From contig CAYQMM010000001.1 in NCBI GenBank assembly GCA_964418675.1, positions 68,892 to 132,891 of the forward strand: 64,000 nucleotides of DNA. The letters run 5' to 3'. Origin of the DNA: an uncultured Candidatus Bathyarchaeia archaeon (GTDB taxonomy: Archaea; Thermoproteota; Bathyarchaeia; Bathyarchaeales; Bathyarchaeaceae). The translations under genes and the position numbers were made by a program. Positions 1 to 9,288 of this stretch are shown piece after piece. Numbering within the stretch: position 1 is the first letter of the stretch; each line of letters starts with the position of its first letter. The notes under the pieces are model-generated. The model was not told where the DNA came from and made no database searches. It was given only the letters and a program-made list of their open reading frames with translations.

Positions 1-59
1 ATGAGCTCTCTAGCTTCTTTTTCTTCGTTCGGATTCAAGGTCAGCCACTATTTTTGAGC

Positions 60-1061
60 TTAATGTTTTCTAGCGAAAATAAGGTCTGAAAGGCTTATGA
101 GGTCTTCTCTATCTTCGGAGGCAGGAAAGCCAGCCAACGCCTCTTTGGCTCTTTCGATATATTCTTCTGCCACCTCTTTTGCGTGGTCAATTGCCCCCAA
201 TGAATCAATCAGTTCAATCGTCTCTCGTATCCTTTCAGGAGAAGCGGATTGATTTCCCAGCGTTTCAAGAATTCTTTTCCTCTGGTTTTTTGAAGCCTTT
301 TCGAGGGCGTGAACAACTATCAGGGTTCGTTTTCCTTCGCGAATGTCGCTTCCAACGGGTTTTTTAAGAATTTTTTCGTCCGCGATCAAGCCTAGAATAT
401 CGTCGATCACTTGAAACGCAACTCCAGCGTAACGTCCATATTCTCCGAGACGTTTAACTTGGCTTTTATTTGCGCCCCCTAAGATTCCACCGCATCTCGC
501 AGAGGTCTCAAATAACGCTGCGGTTTTGGCTTGGATCATTTCGAAGTATTCATCCTCGGAAATGGTCTCCTTGCTTTCAAACATCATGTCTCGGGTCTGT
601 CCCTCGCATATGGTTATAGTTGCTTCGCTAACTTCCTTCAAAACCTGCAAGATTCGCTTTGGGGCTACTTGTTTAGGGTCTGTGAACTTGGTGATTGTCT
701 CGTAGACCTTGGCGAAGAGAAGGTCTCCTGCAACGATGGCGATGGGCACTCCCCATTGGTTGTGAACTGTTGGGACGCCCCTTCTCTTTTCATCTTGGTC
801 CATTATGTCATCATGAAGGAGAGTAAACGTGTGAAGCAACTCTAAAGCTGCCGCCGTTGGAATCGCATCCTCTTCCCTCCCCCCCACTAGCTTGCAGCTC
901 TTCAAAACCGTGAAAGGTCTCAGTCTCTTTCCTCCAGCGTCAACTATGTGGCGGGCAGCTCTGTAAAGTAACGTGGGTTCATCCTCTAGGTCAACAACTT
1001 TCTCAATGAATCGGTTCACTTTTTCAGCCGTTTCGGCTATTTGAGCGGAGAGGCGGCTCAT
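60..1061 (-). CDS. idsA: Short-chain trans-prenyl diphosphate synthase, probable geranylgeranyl diphosphate synthase
   Basis: 333-aa ORF with both Asp-rich motifs (LLHDDIMDQD, FQVIDDILG). Phe at position -5 before the first motif (HTFTLLHDD) is typical of C20-limited archaeal enzymes. Last gene of the co-directional mevalonate string. Confidence 0.85.
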   Translation of the reverse strand: MSRLSAQIAETAEKVNRFIEKVVDLEDEPTLLYRAARHIVDAGGKRLRPFTVLKSCKLVGGREEDAIPTAAALELLHTFTLLHDDIMDQDEKRRGVPTVHNQWGVPIAIVAGDLLFAKVYETITKFTDPKQVAPKRILQVLKEVSEATITICEGQTRDMMFESKETISEDEYFEMIQAKTAALFETSARCGGILGGANKSQVKRLGEYGRYAGVAFQVIDDILGLIADEKILKKPVGSDIREGKRTLIVVHALEKASKNQRKRILETLGNQSASPERIRETIELIDSLGAIDHAKEVAEEYIERAKEALAGFPASEDREDLISLSDLIFARKH

Positions 1062-2158
1062 GCTCTTCTCCTCGCGTAAAGTTCAGGTTGGAAACCTCGC
1101 GCTCTTAACCATTCAGCCGTCTTTCCAGTCAACACCAAAGGAACCTCCTGCAACTTTTGAACCGAGTCCGCTCCGACAAGGAACATAGCGTTTCTTGTCT
1201 CTCCAATCAAGGATTGAAGCGTCCTCTTAACCTCTTCCGAGCCTTTTGTGGCTGGCTGCAGAATCGGGTAAGCAACACTAGCCAAAGCTGCACCTAGGGC
1301 TAAAGCTTTTGTGACGTCTATTCCGTGGCGAATTCCGCCTGAAGCGATTACAGGGATACTGACTGACTGGACAGTTTCTACGAGGCTTACGGCTGTGGGT
1401 ATGCCCCAGTCCAAGAAGGCTTCCCCCAGCTTTTGATGGAACTCATCTTGGCGTCTTTTCGCTCGGTAATATTCCACCGCTGCCCAACTTGTTCCTCCAA
1501 CTCCAGCAACATCGATTCCTGCAACACCAGCCTCTTCAAGCATTTTCGCCTCTTCCGCTGCTATGCCTGCACCAGTTTCCTTTACGATGACGGGAACCTC
1601 TAGGGCTTGGGCAACTTCACATATCTTGTCTAGGATACCGGAGAAGTTTGTTTCTCCCTCCGGTTGAACCGCCTCCTGTAACGCGTTCAGGTGTATAGCT
1701 AAGGCGTTGGCTTCCACCATCTCAACCGCCTTCCCAGCCTCCTTGACACCATATTTACCGACTAACTGGGGACCTCCAATGTTGGCTAAAATGAAGGCTG
1801 TCGGCGCCTTCTCCCTAACCACCCTAAAAGAACGCTCCAGTTTTGGGTTGTCAATTGCTGCTCTTTGGCTTCCGACGCCCATCCCGAGATTAAGCTCCTC
1901 AACTGCTTCGGCTATGGCAGCATTTATCTTCAGGGCTTTTGCGGTGCCTCCAGTCATGGCACCCACGAAGATAGGAGCAGAAAACTTGTAGCCGAAAACG
2001 GTTGTGGAGAGGTCTATTTTTTTGCGTTCGATTTCGGGCAGAGCCTTATGTATAAGGGAAAAGTCTTCGAAGCCCGTGGTTGTTTTTCGGGCTTGAACGT
2101 TTTCTTCAAGACATATTTCTATGTGATCAGCTTTTCTTTCTTCGATTGAATCCTTCAC
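1058..2158 (-). CDS. fni: Isopentenyl-diphosphate delta-isomerase, type 2 (FMN-dependent)
   Basis: ORF 1058..2239 reads ERKADHIEICLEENVQ...FVGAMTGG...VKETGAGI...ASGGIRHG, typical of IDI-2. The first ~27 codons overlap ipk, so I placed the start at in-frame GTG 2158, which is preceded by AGGTGA. GTG 2167 or ATG 2239 remain possible. Confidence 0.85.
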   Translation of the reverse strand: MKDSIEERKADHIEICLEENVQARKTTTGFEDFSLIHKALPEIERKKIDLSTTVFGYKFSAPIFVGAMTGGTAKALKINAAIAEAVEELNLGMGVGSQRAAIDNPKLERSFRVVREKAPTAFILANIGGPQLVGKYGVKEAGKAVEMVEANALAIHLNALQEAVQPEGETNFSGILDKICEVAQALEVPVIVKETGAGIAAEEAKMLEEAGVAGIDVAGVGGTSWAAVEYYRAKRRQDEFHQKLGEAFLDWGIPTAVSLVETVQSVSIPVIASGGIRHGIDVTKALALGAALASVAYPILQPATKGSEEVKRTLQSLIGETRNAMFLVGADSVQKLQEVPLVLTGKTAEWLRARGFQPELYARRRA

Positions 2159-2975
2159 CTGTTTCACCTTTCTCGATAATTGTCCCCCTGACTTCTTCTC
2201 CCTTAAGTGCCTTGTAGACCCTCTGGGGTTTTGTGGCATTTACGATTAACGTTTGAATCTTATGTTCGATGGCAGCTGTTAATTCGAGCATTTTTCCGAG
2301 CATGCCTCCTGTCACGTCGGTTGCCTTTGCCCCTTCAATTGTGTGTTTTAGGCTTTTCAATTCTTCCAAAGTGATTCGATCTAATAGCTGCGCCGAAGAG
2401 TCTGTTTTGGGGTCTGCTGTGTAGAGACCATCGACATCCACAGCCATTATTATACGCTCTCCGCCAAGTGCTATTGCCAGTGAAGAGACAAGTTGGTCTC
2501 CAGACAATATAGCGAAGCCCTTCTCCGAATCGAAGACGGCGTCTCCGTAGAGCACCGGCACAAACCCCATCTTGAGCATTTTTTTCAGGGGTCTCAGTTC
2601 CATGTTGATGATTCGACCAGCCTTCGTTACCACACAGGAAGACGGCTGAACCTCTACTGCGGCAATATTATGGCTTATTAGAGCCTTCATAACCAGGCTG
2701 TTGAGCTCGGTCATGGCTCGATGGGTCTCCGAAAACCCCATAATCTGTGACGGCGCTCCATACCCCTCTGCGATACCGTATCGTTCCGCAACCGGATGAC
2801 CAAAAGAACCGCCCCCATGAACCAAGATAAGGGACGAAACCTTGGCTCGAGAAATTTCGTTTGCCAACCGCTCAATTGCCCGCAAGTTGGGAGTCAACGG
2901 CTTCCGCTTGTCGGTTATCACAGAACCTCCGAGCTTCAGAACAGTTGGCTTGACGCTCATCCTTCGCACCATCAT
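2127..2975 (-). CDS. ipk: Isopentenyl phosphate kinase
   Basis: 282-aa amino-acid-kinase fold with VLKLGGSVITDK and LVHGGGSFGH motifs. Positioned between the dehydratase pair and idi. ATG 2960 is an alternative start. Confidence 0.85.
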   Translation of the reverse strand: MMVRRMSVKPTVLKLGGSVITDKRKPLTPNLRAIERLANEISRAKVSSLILVHGGGSFGHPVAERYGIAEGYGAPSQIMGFSETHRAMTELNSLVMKALISHNIAAVEVQPSSCVVTKAGRIINMELRPLKKMLKMGFVPVLYGDAVFDSEKGFAILSGDQLVSSLAIALGGERIIMAVDVDGLYTADPKTDSSAQLLDRITLEELKSLKHTIEGAKATDVTGGMLGKMLELTAAIEHKIQTLIVNATKPQRVYKALKGEEVRGTIIEKGETGEGFNRRKKS

Positions 2976-3017
2976 CGGTTTTTTCTCATGAAAACTAAAA
3001 CGGGTTACTTCAACTAA

Positions 3018-3404
3018 CTATTTCTTAATTGTGATAACACCATTTTCTAAATGAACCATATCCCCCGTTTTTATCTTTGAAATATCAACCTCGTCAACAC
3101 AGGGTATCTCTGAGATTATTGCGCCCACAGCGACTACAGTTTCGCACTCTCTGTTTATGATTCCAGCTGGAGCTATCCCGCCTTTTTTCAGCCTGTAAAG
3201 AGTGTAGGAGCCAACTGTTGAACCTTTACCGTTTGGGAAGACCAGTATCTTGTCTTTGACTTTCTTCCCTTGGAGTTCATGTCCCTTTTCTATTATCTCG
3301 CTGGTTTCAGGGTCTACTCCCCCATAGAATGAGATTGGCTGGGTTGTGGTTAATGCTTCTCCTTCTGCAACTCCCCTTGAAATTATTCTTCCTTTCAACT
3401 CCAT
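3018..3404 (-). CDS. Aconitase-X swivel-domain protein (DUF126), probable phosphomevalonate dehydratase small subunit
   Basis: Start set at ATG 3404 (MELKGRIISRGVAEGEAL...), which overlaps the upstream stop in ATGGAGTTGA. The ORF-track extension to 3485 lies inside the upstream gene. Paired with a DUF521-type large subunit. Confidence 0.75.
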   Translation of the reverse strand: MELKGRIISRGVAEGEALTTTQPISFYGGVDPETSEIIEKGHELQGKKVKDKILVFPNGKGSTVGSYTLYRLKKGGIAPAGIINRECETVVAVGAIISEIPCVDEVDISKIKTGDMVHLENGVITIKK

Positions 3405-4591
3405 TTTCCCTTCACCGCAGCCTCTATGCACTCTTCTAAACTCCCCAGCTTCGTCTGTATGCCATGATGCCTTGAATAGTAGCATCCCTTTGCCGAGGTT
3501 GTAGCAACGGTCTTAAATCTTCCTTTCAACGGAGCCACCGCCATGCAGGTGTCGCAGGCAAATTTTGCCCCAGCCTTCTCAATTACTTCAGTGTAGCCTC
3601 TTTTGTCCGCGAGCTGCTTCATGGGTCTTGAGGTTGCAATCCAGAATTCAGTGCTGGGAGACACCTTCTTGTTTTCTAACAGCTCCGCTATTTGGGCGAT
3701 TTCTTTGATGGAGGAGTGGGGGCAGCCTATACAGACAAAATCTATGTCTTCCACATCATCGTTAATATTTTCATATGCTTCTCTTATGTCCCTATCTTCG
3801 ATGGTGATTTTCTCTTTTGGAGGCTGATGCCTTTCGGACGCCGGAGTAATTCCCTTCATATAGAATAGCGGTTTTGAACCGTAAGTCACCACAGAAGCAC
3901 AGAAGGACTTCAACTCATCTAGTTCCGCCTCGTTTATGCCTGTTATGTAAGGGATTTTGTTTTGCACTTTCTTTCCGATGCAGTAACCAAGGGCGCCCCA
4001 ATCCGAGAACTTAGTCAACTTAGCATTTACCTTTACATGGGTGTCTGGTGCTCTGTTCTCGTCGAGATGAAGCCCGTAGTAAGGTGTTTTGCCAACAAAG
4101 GCTGCTGCAAGGGCTGACGGTCCTCCTTCACGGTTTGTTTTCGCTCCGATAACTGAATTGGCGAAAGTAACTGCTGAAGACTCAGACCAAGCGATGTGTT
4201 CCCCATATCTTGGCAGGTTACCTATGAAGTAGGGTGTACAGGTGCAGGAGATGATTATGCCCATCTTCCTGAAAGCGTCAATAACCAGATTCTGTTTCCG
4301 TGCGAACTCCTCGTCAATACCGAGGTTTCTCCAATCTTCCAAATCCATCCCTGCAGGATTCAAGGTCGTCAGTACCTTGACTTTTCCGTCTTCTGCAAGT
4401 TCGTTCAAGAATTCTAAGCCAGCATCTCCGAGGTTGTGGTAGGATACGCCTGCAACTTGGACAGACCCAACTTCTATGAGCTTTTCAGCGCCGAAGATGT
4501 TTCCGAGGGCAACGAGTATCTCCATGGACTTTTTTACTGCGTAGCCCTCTTCTCCATCCAGCATTTTTTCTTCGTTTTTTGTGAGGTGCAT
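3395..4591 (-). CDS. Aconitase-X catalytic-domain protein (DUF521), probable phosphomevalonate dehydratase large subunit
   Basis: 398 aa, N-terminus MHLTKNEEKMLDGEEGYAVKKSME, Cys-containing segments (SCTCTPY, CIGCPHSS, ACDTCMA). Sits between a UbiD-family gene and the DUF126 gene. Confidence 0.75.
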   Translation of the reverse strand: MHLTKNEEKMLDGEEGYAVKKSMEILVALGNIFGAEKLIEVGSVQVAGVSYHNLGDAGLEFLNELAEDGKVKVLTTLNPAGMDLEDWRNLGIDEEFARKQNLVIDAFRKMGIIISCTCTPYFIGNLPRYGEHIAWSESSAVTFANSVIGAKTNREGGPSALAAAFVGKTPYYGLHLDENRAPDTHVKVNAKLTKFSDWGALGYCIGKKVQNKIPYITGINEAELDELKSFCASVVTYGSKPLFYMKGITPASERHQPPKEKITIEDRDIREAYENINDDVEDIDFVCIGCPHSSIKEIAQIAELLENKKVSPSTEFWIATSRPMKQLADKRGYTEVIEKAGAKFACDTCMAVAPLKGRFKTVATTSAKGCYYSRHHGIQTKLGSLEECIEAAVKGKWS

Positions 4592-4595
4592 AAAA

Positions 4596-5903
4596 TCACG
4601 TGAACTTGTTTAAGTCAACTTTTCGATATGCTGTCCTTTTAAATCCTTTACCTGTCCCCTCAAGGGGAATTGTAGCGTCTAACCCCACCTTGCACGTTCT
4701 TGCCTTTCTTCCTTCAGTTAAATCGCCAGACGGATCAAGAGATGAGCCTCTCTGGTTAGGCATGATAACAGCGGCTTTGTCTGCTTGGAACCTCGTTGCA
4801 ATGGCCCACTCAACATCGTTGTGGTCATAGATGTTTACGTCGTCATCCACAATAACACAATGTTTCAATGACTTGTGGCCTTCAAAGGCTGCCTTAACCG
4901 CTTTCTTTCCATCGTCTGGATTCTGCTTTGTTATTTGTACTACCGCGTGGAGCCAGCTGCAGCCTCCAGGAGTTATGTAAACGTCATTACATTTGCAGAC
5001 CTTGTTAACTTCATTGTAGATTGTGGGTTCTTTAGGCATTCCCATCAGCGTCTTGTGTTCATTTCTTCCTGCAAGTATGGTTTGGTAGATGGGCTTTTCT
5101 CTGTAAGTTATGCATTTTACTTCTATCACTGGCTGCTGTCTCACCTTATCCATAATTCCGGTAAGATCCAAGAATGGCCCTTCTGGCGCTTGTTCCTTTG
5201 TTATCCTTCCCTCCAGCACGATTTCGCAGTCCCTTGGAACTTCGACATCGATGGTTTTGCACTTCACCAATTCTGTTTTTTCGAGTACATTAGCCATCCC
5301 TAGCTCGTCAACGCCCATGGGTAGAGATGTGGAGGCGGAGATAAGAACAGCGGTGGAGTTACCTATGCACATTGCTATGTCGAGTTCGCCGCCAGATTTC
5401 TTAAGGGCGGTGTCTGTTCCGCGTTCTTCAACGATTCTTGTCACAAACTTGTTCTTGTCTATAAGCATCAGCCTGTGGAAGGCCATGTTTCTGCCCAGTT
5501 CAGGGTCGCGTACTATGGATACGGCGGACGGTATGTATTTTCCTCCATCCTTTGCTGTATACCTCATTATGGGCAACTTTGTCAAGTCAACATCTCGCTC
5601 AACAACTTCTTGGCATTCTCCCTTCTCCACAACATCTGGAGGCATAGGATTTTCTATGGCGCCCGATAACTTATGTAGCAGTTGTTTCATGTTAACGCCC
5701 AAAGCTTTAGCAACTAGTTCTTTGGAAGAGACAAGACCGCCTACGACAGGGATGTTGGACTCTTTTACTTTCTCAAAATAGACGGGCTGTTCACCTAGAG
5801 CCTCGATGATACCCGCCATCTCTAGATTGGTTGACACTTCCTTTCTTATTCTTGTTAATCTTCCTTCTCTCTCAAGTTGTTCTATGAATCCTCTAAAACC
5901 CAT
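4596..5903 (-). CDS. UbiD-family decarboxylase, probable trans-anhydromevalonate-5-phosphate decarboxylase
   Basis: ~435-aa UbiD-like ORF. ATG 5903 is preceded by GGAGG at 8-nt spacing. Gene context is mvk upstream and the AcnX pair downstream. Confidence 0.75.
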   Translation of the reverse strand: MGFRGFIEQLEREGRLTRIRKEVSTNLEMAGIIEALGEQPVYFEKVKESNIPVVGGLVSSKELVAKALGVNMKQLLHKLSGAIENPMPPDVVEKGECQEVVERDVDLTKLPIMRYTAKDGGKYIPSAVSIVRDPELGRNMAFHRLMLIDKNKFVTRIVEERGTDTALKKSGGELDIAMCIGNSTAVLISASTSLPMGVDELGMANVLEKTELVKCKTIDVEVPRDCEIVLEGRITKEQAPEGPFLDLTGIMDKVRQQPVIEVKCITYREKPIYQTILAGRNEHKTLMGMPKEPTIYNEVNKVCKCNDVYITPGGCSWLHAVVQITKQNPDDGKKAVKAAFEGHKSLKHCVIVDDDVNIYDHNDVEWAIATRFQADKAAVIMPNQRGSSLDPSGDLTEGRKARTCKVGLDATIPLEGTGKGFKRTAYRKVDLNKFT

Positions 5904-5916
5904 TTGATTTTCCTCC

Positions 5917-6858
5917 CTACTTCTGAATTCCAATCTTTGTTCTCAATACTTTAAACCCTTGCTGTTCCATGGCAGTCGCAACTGCCTCCTGCAACTCTTT
6001 TCCGGGGGTCAAAGCCACCATGCAGCCTCCTCCGCCCCCACCAGTTAGTTTTGCCCCAAAAGCCCCCTTCTCCCGAGCCAAGTTTACTAGGTAATCTAGT
6101 TCTTTAGAGGAGACCTCAATCTCCTGCAAAAGGCGATGGTTTTCATTCATTAGCTTGCCAACTTTTCTTAGGTCAAACTCTTCCAGTGCTTTTCTTGCTG
6201 TGAACGCTAGCTCTTCTGCCTGCTTGAACAGCGCGTTATATTTCGCTGGATACTTTTTCTTTCTCTCCCCTACTCCAGCAACCATCACCTTTGTATCAGC
6301 TACAATTCCCGTGTTGCCTATGACAATTTCCACTGGCTCCCTTATGCTTAGCCTCTCAATCGTGTTAGGTCCTCCGCTTAGATTCCTCTTGAACCAGATT
6401 AATCCTCCAAAGGTTGCTGCGGTATTGTCAATGCCTGAGGGGGTTCCAGCATAAGCCTTCTCAGCCTCATAGGCAGCCTCATTGATCTTCTCATCGGATA
6501 AATCCATTTCAAATTCTTCTGCTATGGCTCGGGCAATGGCAACGCTGCTTGCTGCAGAAGCGCCAATCCCACTAAAACCCGGGAGGTTTCCTCCCAACCA
6601 GATTCTCAAAGAAACTTTTTCCGGGTGCATATTCATTGCCTTAAGCATTCTTTCGATTGACTCTAATTGCTGAATCCTTTTCTTTTCTGCGTAGCCTTTT
6701 GCGCCCTTTCTCGTATCCTCTACGGTGATGCCTTTTCCAGTTTTTTTCACTTCTGCGTCTGCTGCCGAATCGATTGCTGAGACAATTCCGGGTGTGCCGT
6801 GGACAACGAAGTGTTCATTGAACAGAATGGCTTTTCCGAAGCCAGAACCTTTTCCCAT
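5917..6858 (-). CDS. mvk: Mevalonate kinase
   Basis: GHMP-kinase motifs: GFGKAILFNEHFVVHG, PGFSGIGASAASSVA, KLTGGGGGGCMVAL. Start placed at ATG 6858; TTG 6915 is an alternative. Confidence 0.85.
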   Translation of the reverse strand: MGKGSGFGKAILFNEHFVVHGTPGIVSAIDSAADAEVKKTGKGITVEDTRKGAKGYAEKKRIQQLESIERMLKAMNMHPEKVSLRIWLGGNLPGFSGIGASAASSVAIARAIAEEFEMDLSDEKINEAAYEAEKAYAGTPSGIDNTAATFGGLIWFKRNLSGGPNTIERLSIREPVEIVIGNTGIVADTKVMVAGVGERKKKYPAKYNALFKQAEELAFTARKALEEFDLRKVGKLMNENHRLLQEIEVSSKELDYLVNLAREKGAFGAKLTGGGGGGCMVALTPGKELQEAVATAMEQQGFKVLRTKIGIQK

Positions 6859-7031
6859 TGGAATTAACCCAGAAAACAATGTAAGGGATTGAATAAAAGC
6901 CTTTTTTCTTAACAAAACACTGGTTTTTGACTTTATTATACCACCAACTAGTAAACAAAAAATGCCCTTTCAGGAACGAAAATTCTAAAATTCACATTGA
7001 CAATAGGAAGAATGAAACTTAAGGCGCTGAA

Positions 7032-7646
7032 TCACCTTTCCAATTTTGGTATTAACATTGGCACTTTTTTCGTATAATCTTCATATTCTTTGCCAAATTC
7101 CTTTATCAGCTCTTTCTCTTCCTTTTTCGATAGCAGATAGATAAGTACAACCATTAAAGGAGTAAAAAGCAAAGAATACCAAGCAGAAAACAGAAAGGAG
7201 ATTCCCACATGTGCCAGTAATGCGCCAAGATGCTGTGGGTGTCTAACAATGGAATATGCCCCTGTGGTAATAATTTTATCGGTCCTATGTGTTTCTGCTA
7301 CTTTTACGGTTACCTCTTTTACTCCTTTGATTGCAAGCCATGCACCCGGTATGAGGAAAACCGCACAAAACGTTAGGTGAAGCAAAGGAATCGAGAAATT
7401 CACAACTGGAACCATGACTGACAAATTCTGAAGAAGTGGAATAGTGAATCTAGGTTGAGGTGAAACCCAGATTCCTATCAAAAAGAAGAAGAAACCCCAT
7501 CCTGAAATTAGGCCATAAATTTTACCTATTTTGATTCCTTTTTCCTTTCCATATCTTTCCTGAAGTTTGTGGTGTTCAACTGACAAAAAATGAAGTGGTA
7601 TCATAGCAATTACAGCGAATACGCAAATGAAAAACCAAATATACAT
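7032..7646 (-). CDS. Isoprenylcysteine carboxyl methyltransferase (ICMT/PEMT)-family membrane protein
   Basis: 204 aa, multi-pass hydrophobic. C-terminal signature TTGAYSIVRHPQHLGALL...EEKELIKEFGKEYEDYTKKVP. Confidence 0.6.
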   Translation of the reverse strand: MYIWFFICVFAVIAMIPLHFLSVEHHKLQERYGKEKGIKIGKIYGLISGWGFFFFLIGIWVSPQPRFTIPLLQNLSVMVPVVNFSIPLLHLTFCAVFLIPGAWLAIKGVKEVTVKVAETHRTDKIITTGAYSIVRHPQHLGALLAHVGISFLFSAWYSLLFTPLMVVLIYLLSKKEEKELIKEFGKEYEDYTKKVPMLIPKLER

Positions 7647-7762
7647 TTCTCAACCATTGAACTTAAACGGCTCCTCAATTTAAATCATTTTATACGCCAG
7701 AAGTTAAGCTAAAAAATTTTTTAAGGATAGTCAAGTGCATTGGCGGGAATTCGCTTCCCTTA

Positions 7763-8614
7763 TTAGCTCTTCATGAATGCTATGGATGCGTAGCCAACTA
7801 CTCCAGAATAGTCTCCTGTTACGTCGCCGCTGGTTCTGTAGCATAGTAGCTTAGCCTTTTTGGCGCCCAGCTCCTTTGAAGCCGTGATGGCTGCGATGGT
7901 GGGACCGTAACCGCAGGATGATACGGCGTGAGATTCTATAATTGAATAATACTGTTCCTCATCCAGTTTGACTGCGGCTTCTAATGCTATCCTGTCTTTC
8001 TTTTCAGCTCTCGCTTGAGGCTCATAATGGCTCATGTCCGTGGATGCAATCACCAAAGCATTCTTCCCAGACAAAGCCTTTGCAGTTGCCTTTCCCACTT
8101 CGCGGCTGGACTCCAAATCCTGCATCATGAAAGTGACTGGGACAAACTTGAAGTCTGAACCGTATAGATACTGAAGAAAGGGGAGCTGAAGCTCAATAGA
8201 ATGCTCGTAAGCATGTGCCATCTCGTCCACATCAATAATTTGCGACCCCTGCAAAATCTCATCAGCGGTCTCAGTGTCAATCTCCACATCACCCAGAGGG
8301 GTACGCCACACACCCTCATTCATAACGGCAAGGGCGCTTCCCCTTCCAGTATGGTTGGGACTGAAAATCACTACAACATCCGGTTTTCCATCCTTCGCAA
8401 GCTGGTAATATCCATGGGCAGCTACATGACCGGAGTACATGTATCCTGCATGGGGGCAAACAAGACCAACCACGCTTCGAGGACCATCCTTTACGACTAT
8501 GGGGAGGCTTCCGGGTCCTAGCTTGCGGGTGAAAGCCTCTTCTATCTGGCTCCGTAACCTGTCTGGAGTGCCAGCATACCATGAACCTGCGAAGGCCGGA
8601 GGCCTAACTTTCAA
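7763..8614 (-). CDS. amrB: MEMO1/AmmeMemoRadiSam system protein B family
   Basis: 283 aa; [10 protein letters not shown]-terminus, [16 protein letters not shown] and TDMSHY motifs. Confidence 0.75.
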   Translation of the reverse strand: MKVRPPAFAGSWYAGTPDRLRSQIEEAFTRKLGPGSLPIVVKDGPRSVVGLVCPHAGYMYSGHVAAHGYYQLAKDGKPDVVVIFSPNHTGRGSALAVMNEGVWRTPLGDVEIDTETADEILQGSQIIDVDEMAHAYEHSIELQLPFLQYLYGSDFKFVPVTFMMQDLESSREVGKATAKALSGKNALVIASTDMSHYEPQARAEKKDRIALEAAVKLDEEQYYSIIESHAVSSCGYGPTIAAITASKELGAKKAKLLCYRTSGDVTGDYSGVVGYASIAFMKS

Positions 8615-9270
8615 AAGTCCTCTCCTTCCCCTCTTTCCCGGGTCAGTTTTATTTCGAAGTCTTCTATAGACTGACTTATGTCTCCGTCCGGGGGGATTTC
8701 GCCTCTCTCACGTAATATCTGTCTGGCTAGAAGCCAGTATATGACAGCTAAGGCACGTCTTCCCTTATTGTTGGTGGGGATAACCAAGTCTACAAAGGAG
8801 AAGTCGTTGTCGGTGCTGCAGAGGGCTATAATCGGAATTCCGATGCTTGATGCTTCTTTCACCGCTTGCACATCAGCTTTCGGGTCAGATACTATTATCA
8901 CACCCGGCTCAATTCGCTGCGGATAAAGAGGATTCGAAAGCATCCCGGGGATGAAACGTCCAACTATAGGGGTTGCTCCAACAACTTCGCAGAATTTCTC
9001 TACAGGAGAATGACCATACAATCTCCCAGCTACAGCCGCTATCTTCGCGGGCTCAAAACGGGCGAGAAACTTGGCAGCCACCCGTATACGTTCGTCCGTC
9101 TTTTTAACGTCCAAAACGAACAAACCGTCGGCTCTAACCCGGTATATGAAGGGTTCCATGTCCTTGGTTCTCATTCTTGTTCCTATGTGAACCCCCGCGG
9201 ACAGCAATGTATCCTGAGGTAACAACAGTTCCTCGCCAAATGATTCCATGTTTTCTTCACTTTCAGACAA
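8611..9270 (-). CDS. rps2: 30S ribosomal protein S2 (uS2)
   Basis: 219 aa; [10 protein letters not shown] motif. Conserved eno-rps2 neighbourhood. Confidence 0.9.
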   Translation of the reverse strand: MSESEENMESFGEELLLPQDTLLSAGVHIGTRMRTKDMEPFIYRVRADGLFVLDVKKTDERIRVAAKFLARFEPAKIAAVAGRLYGHSPVEKFCEVVGATPIVGRFIPGMLSNPLYPQRIEPGVIIVSDPKADVQAVKEASSIGIPIIALCSTDNDFSFVDLVIPTNNKGRRALAVIYWLLARQILRERGEIPPDGDISQSIEDFEIKLTRERGEGEDF

Positions 9271-9288
9271 ACTTTTTCCTCCTACAAA

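Noticed and set aside
2159-2239. N-terminal extensions offered by the ORF track (idi to 2239, DUF126 gene to 3485, ubiD-like to 5933, rps9 to 11261, rps13 to 14466, moeA2 from 15801, hdrA-min to 43023, leuS from 54711)
   Set aside because: Each extension overlaps the preceding well-supported gene or adds non-conserved residues. An internal start with an SD-like sequence restores the family-typical N-terminus in every case.
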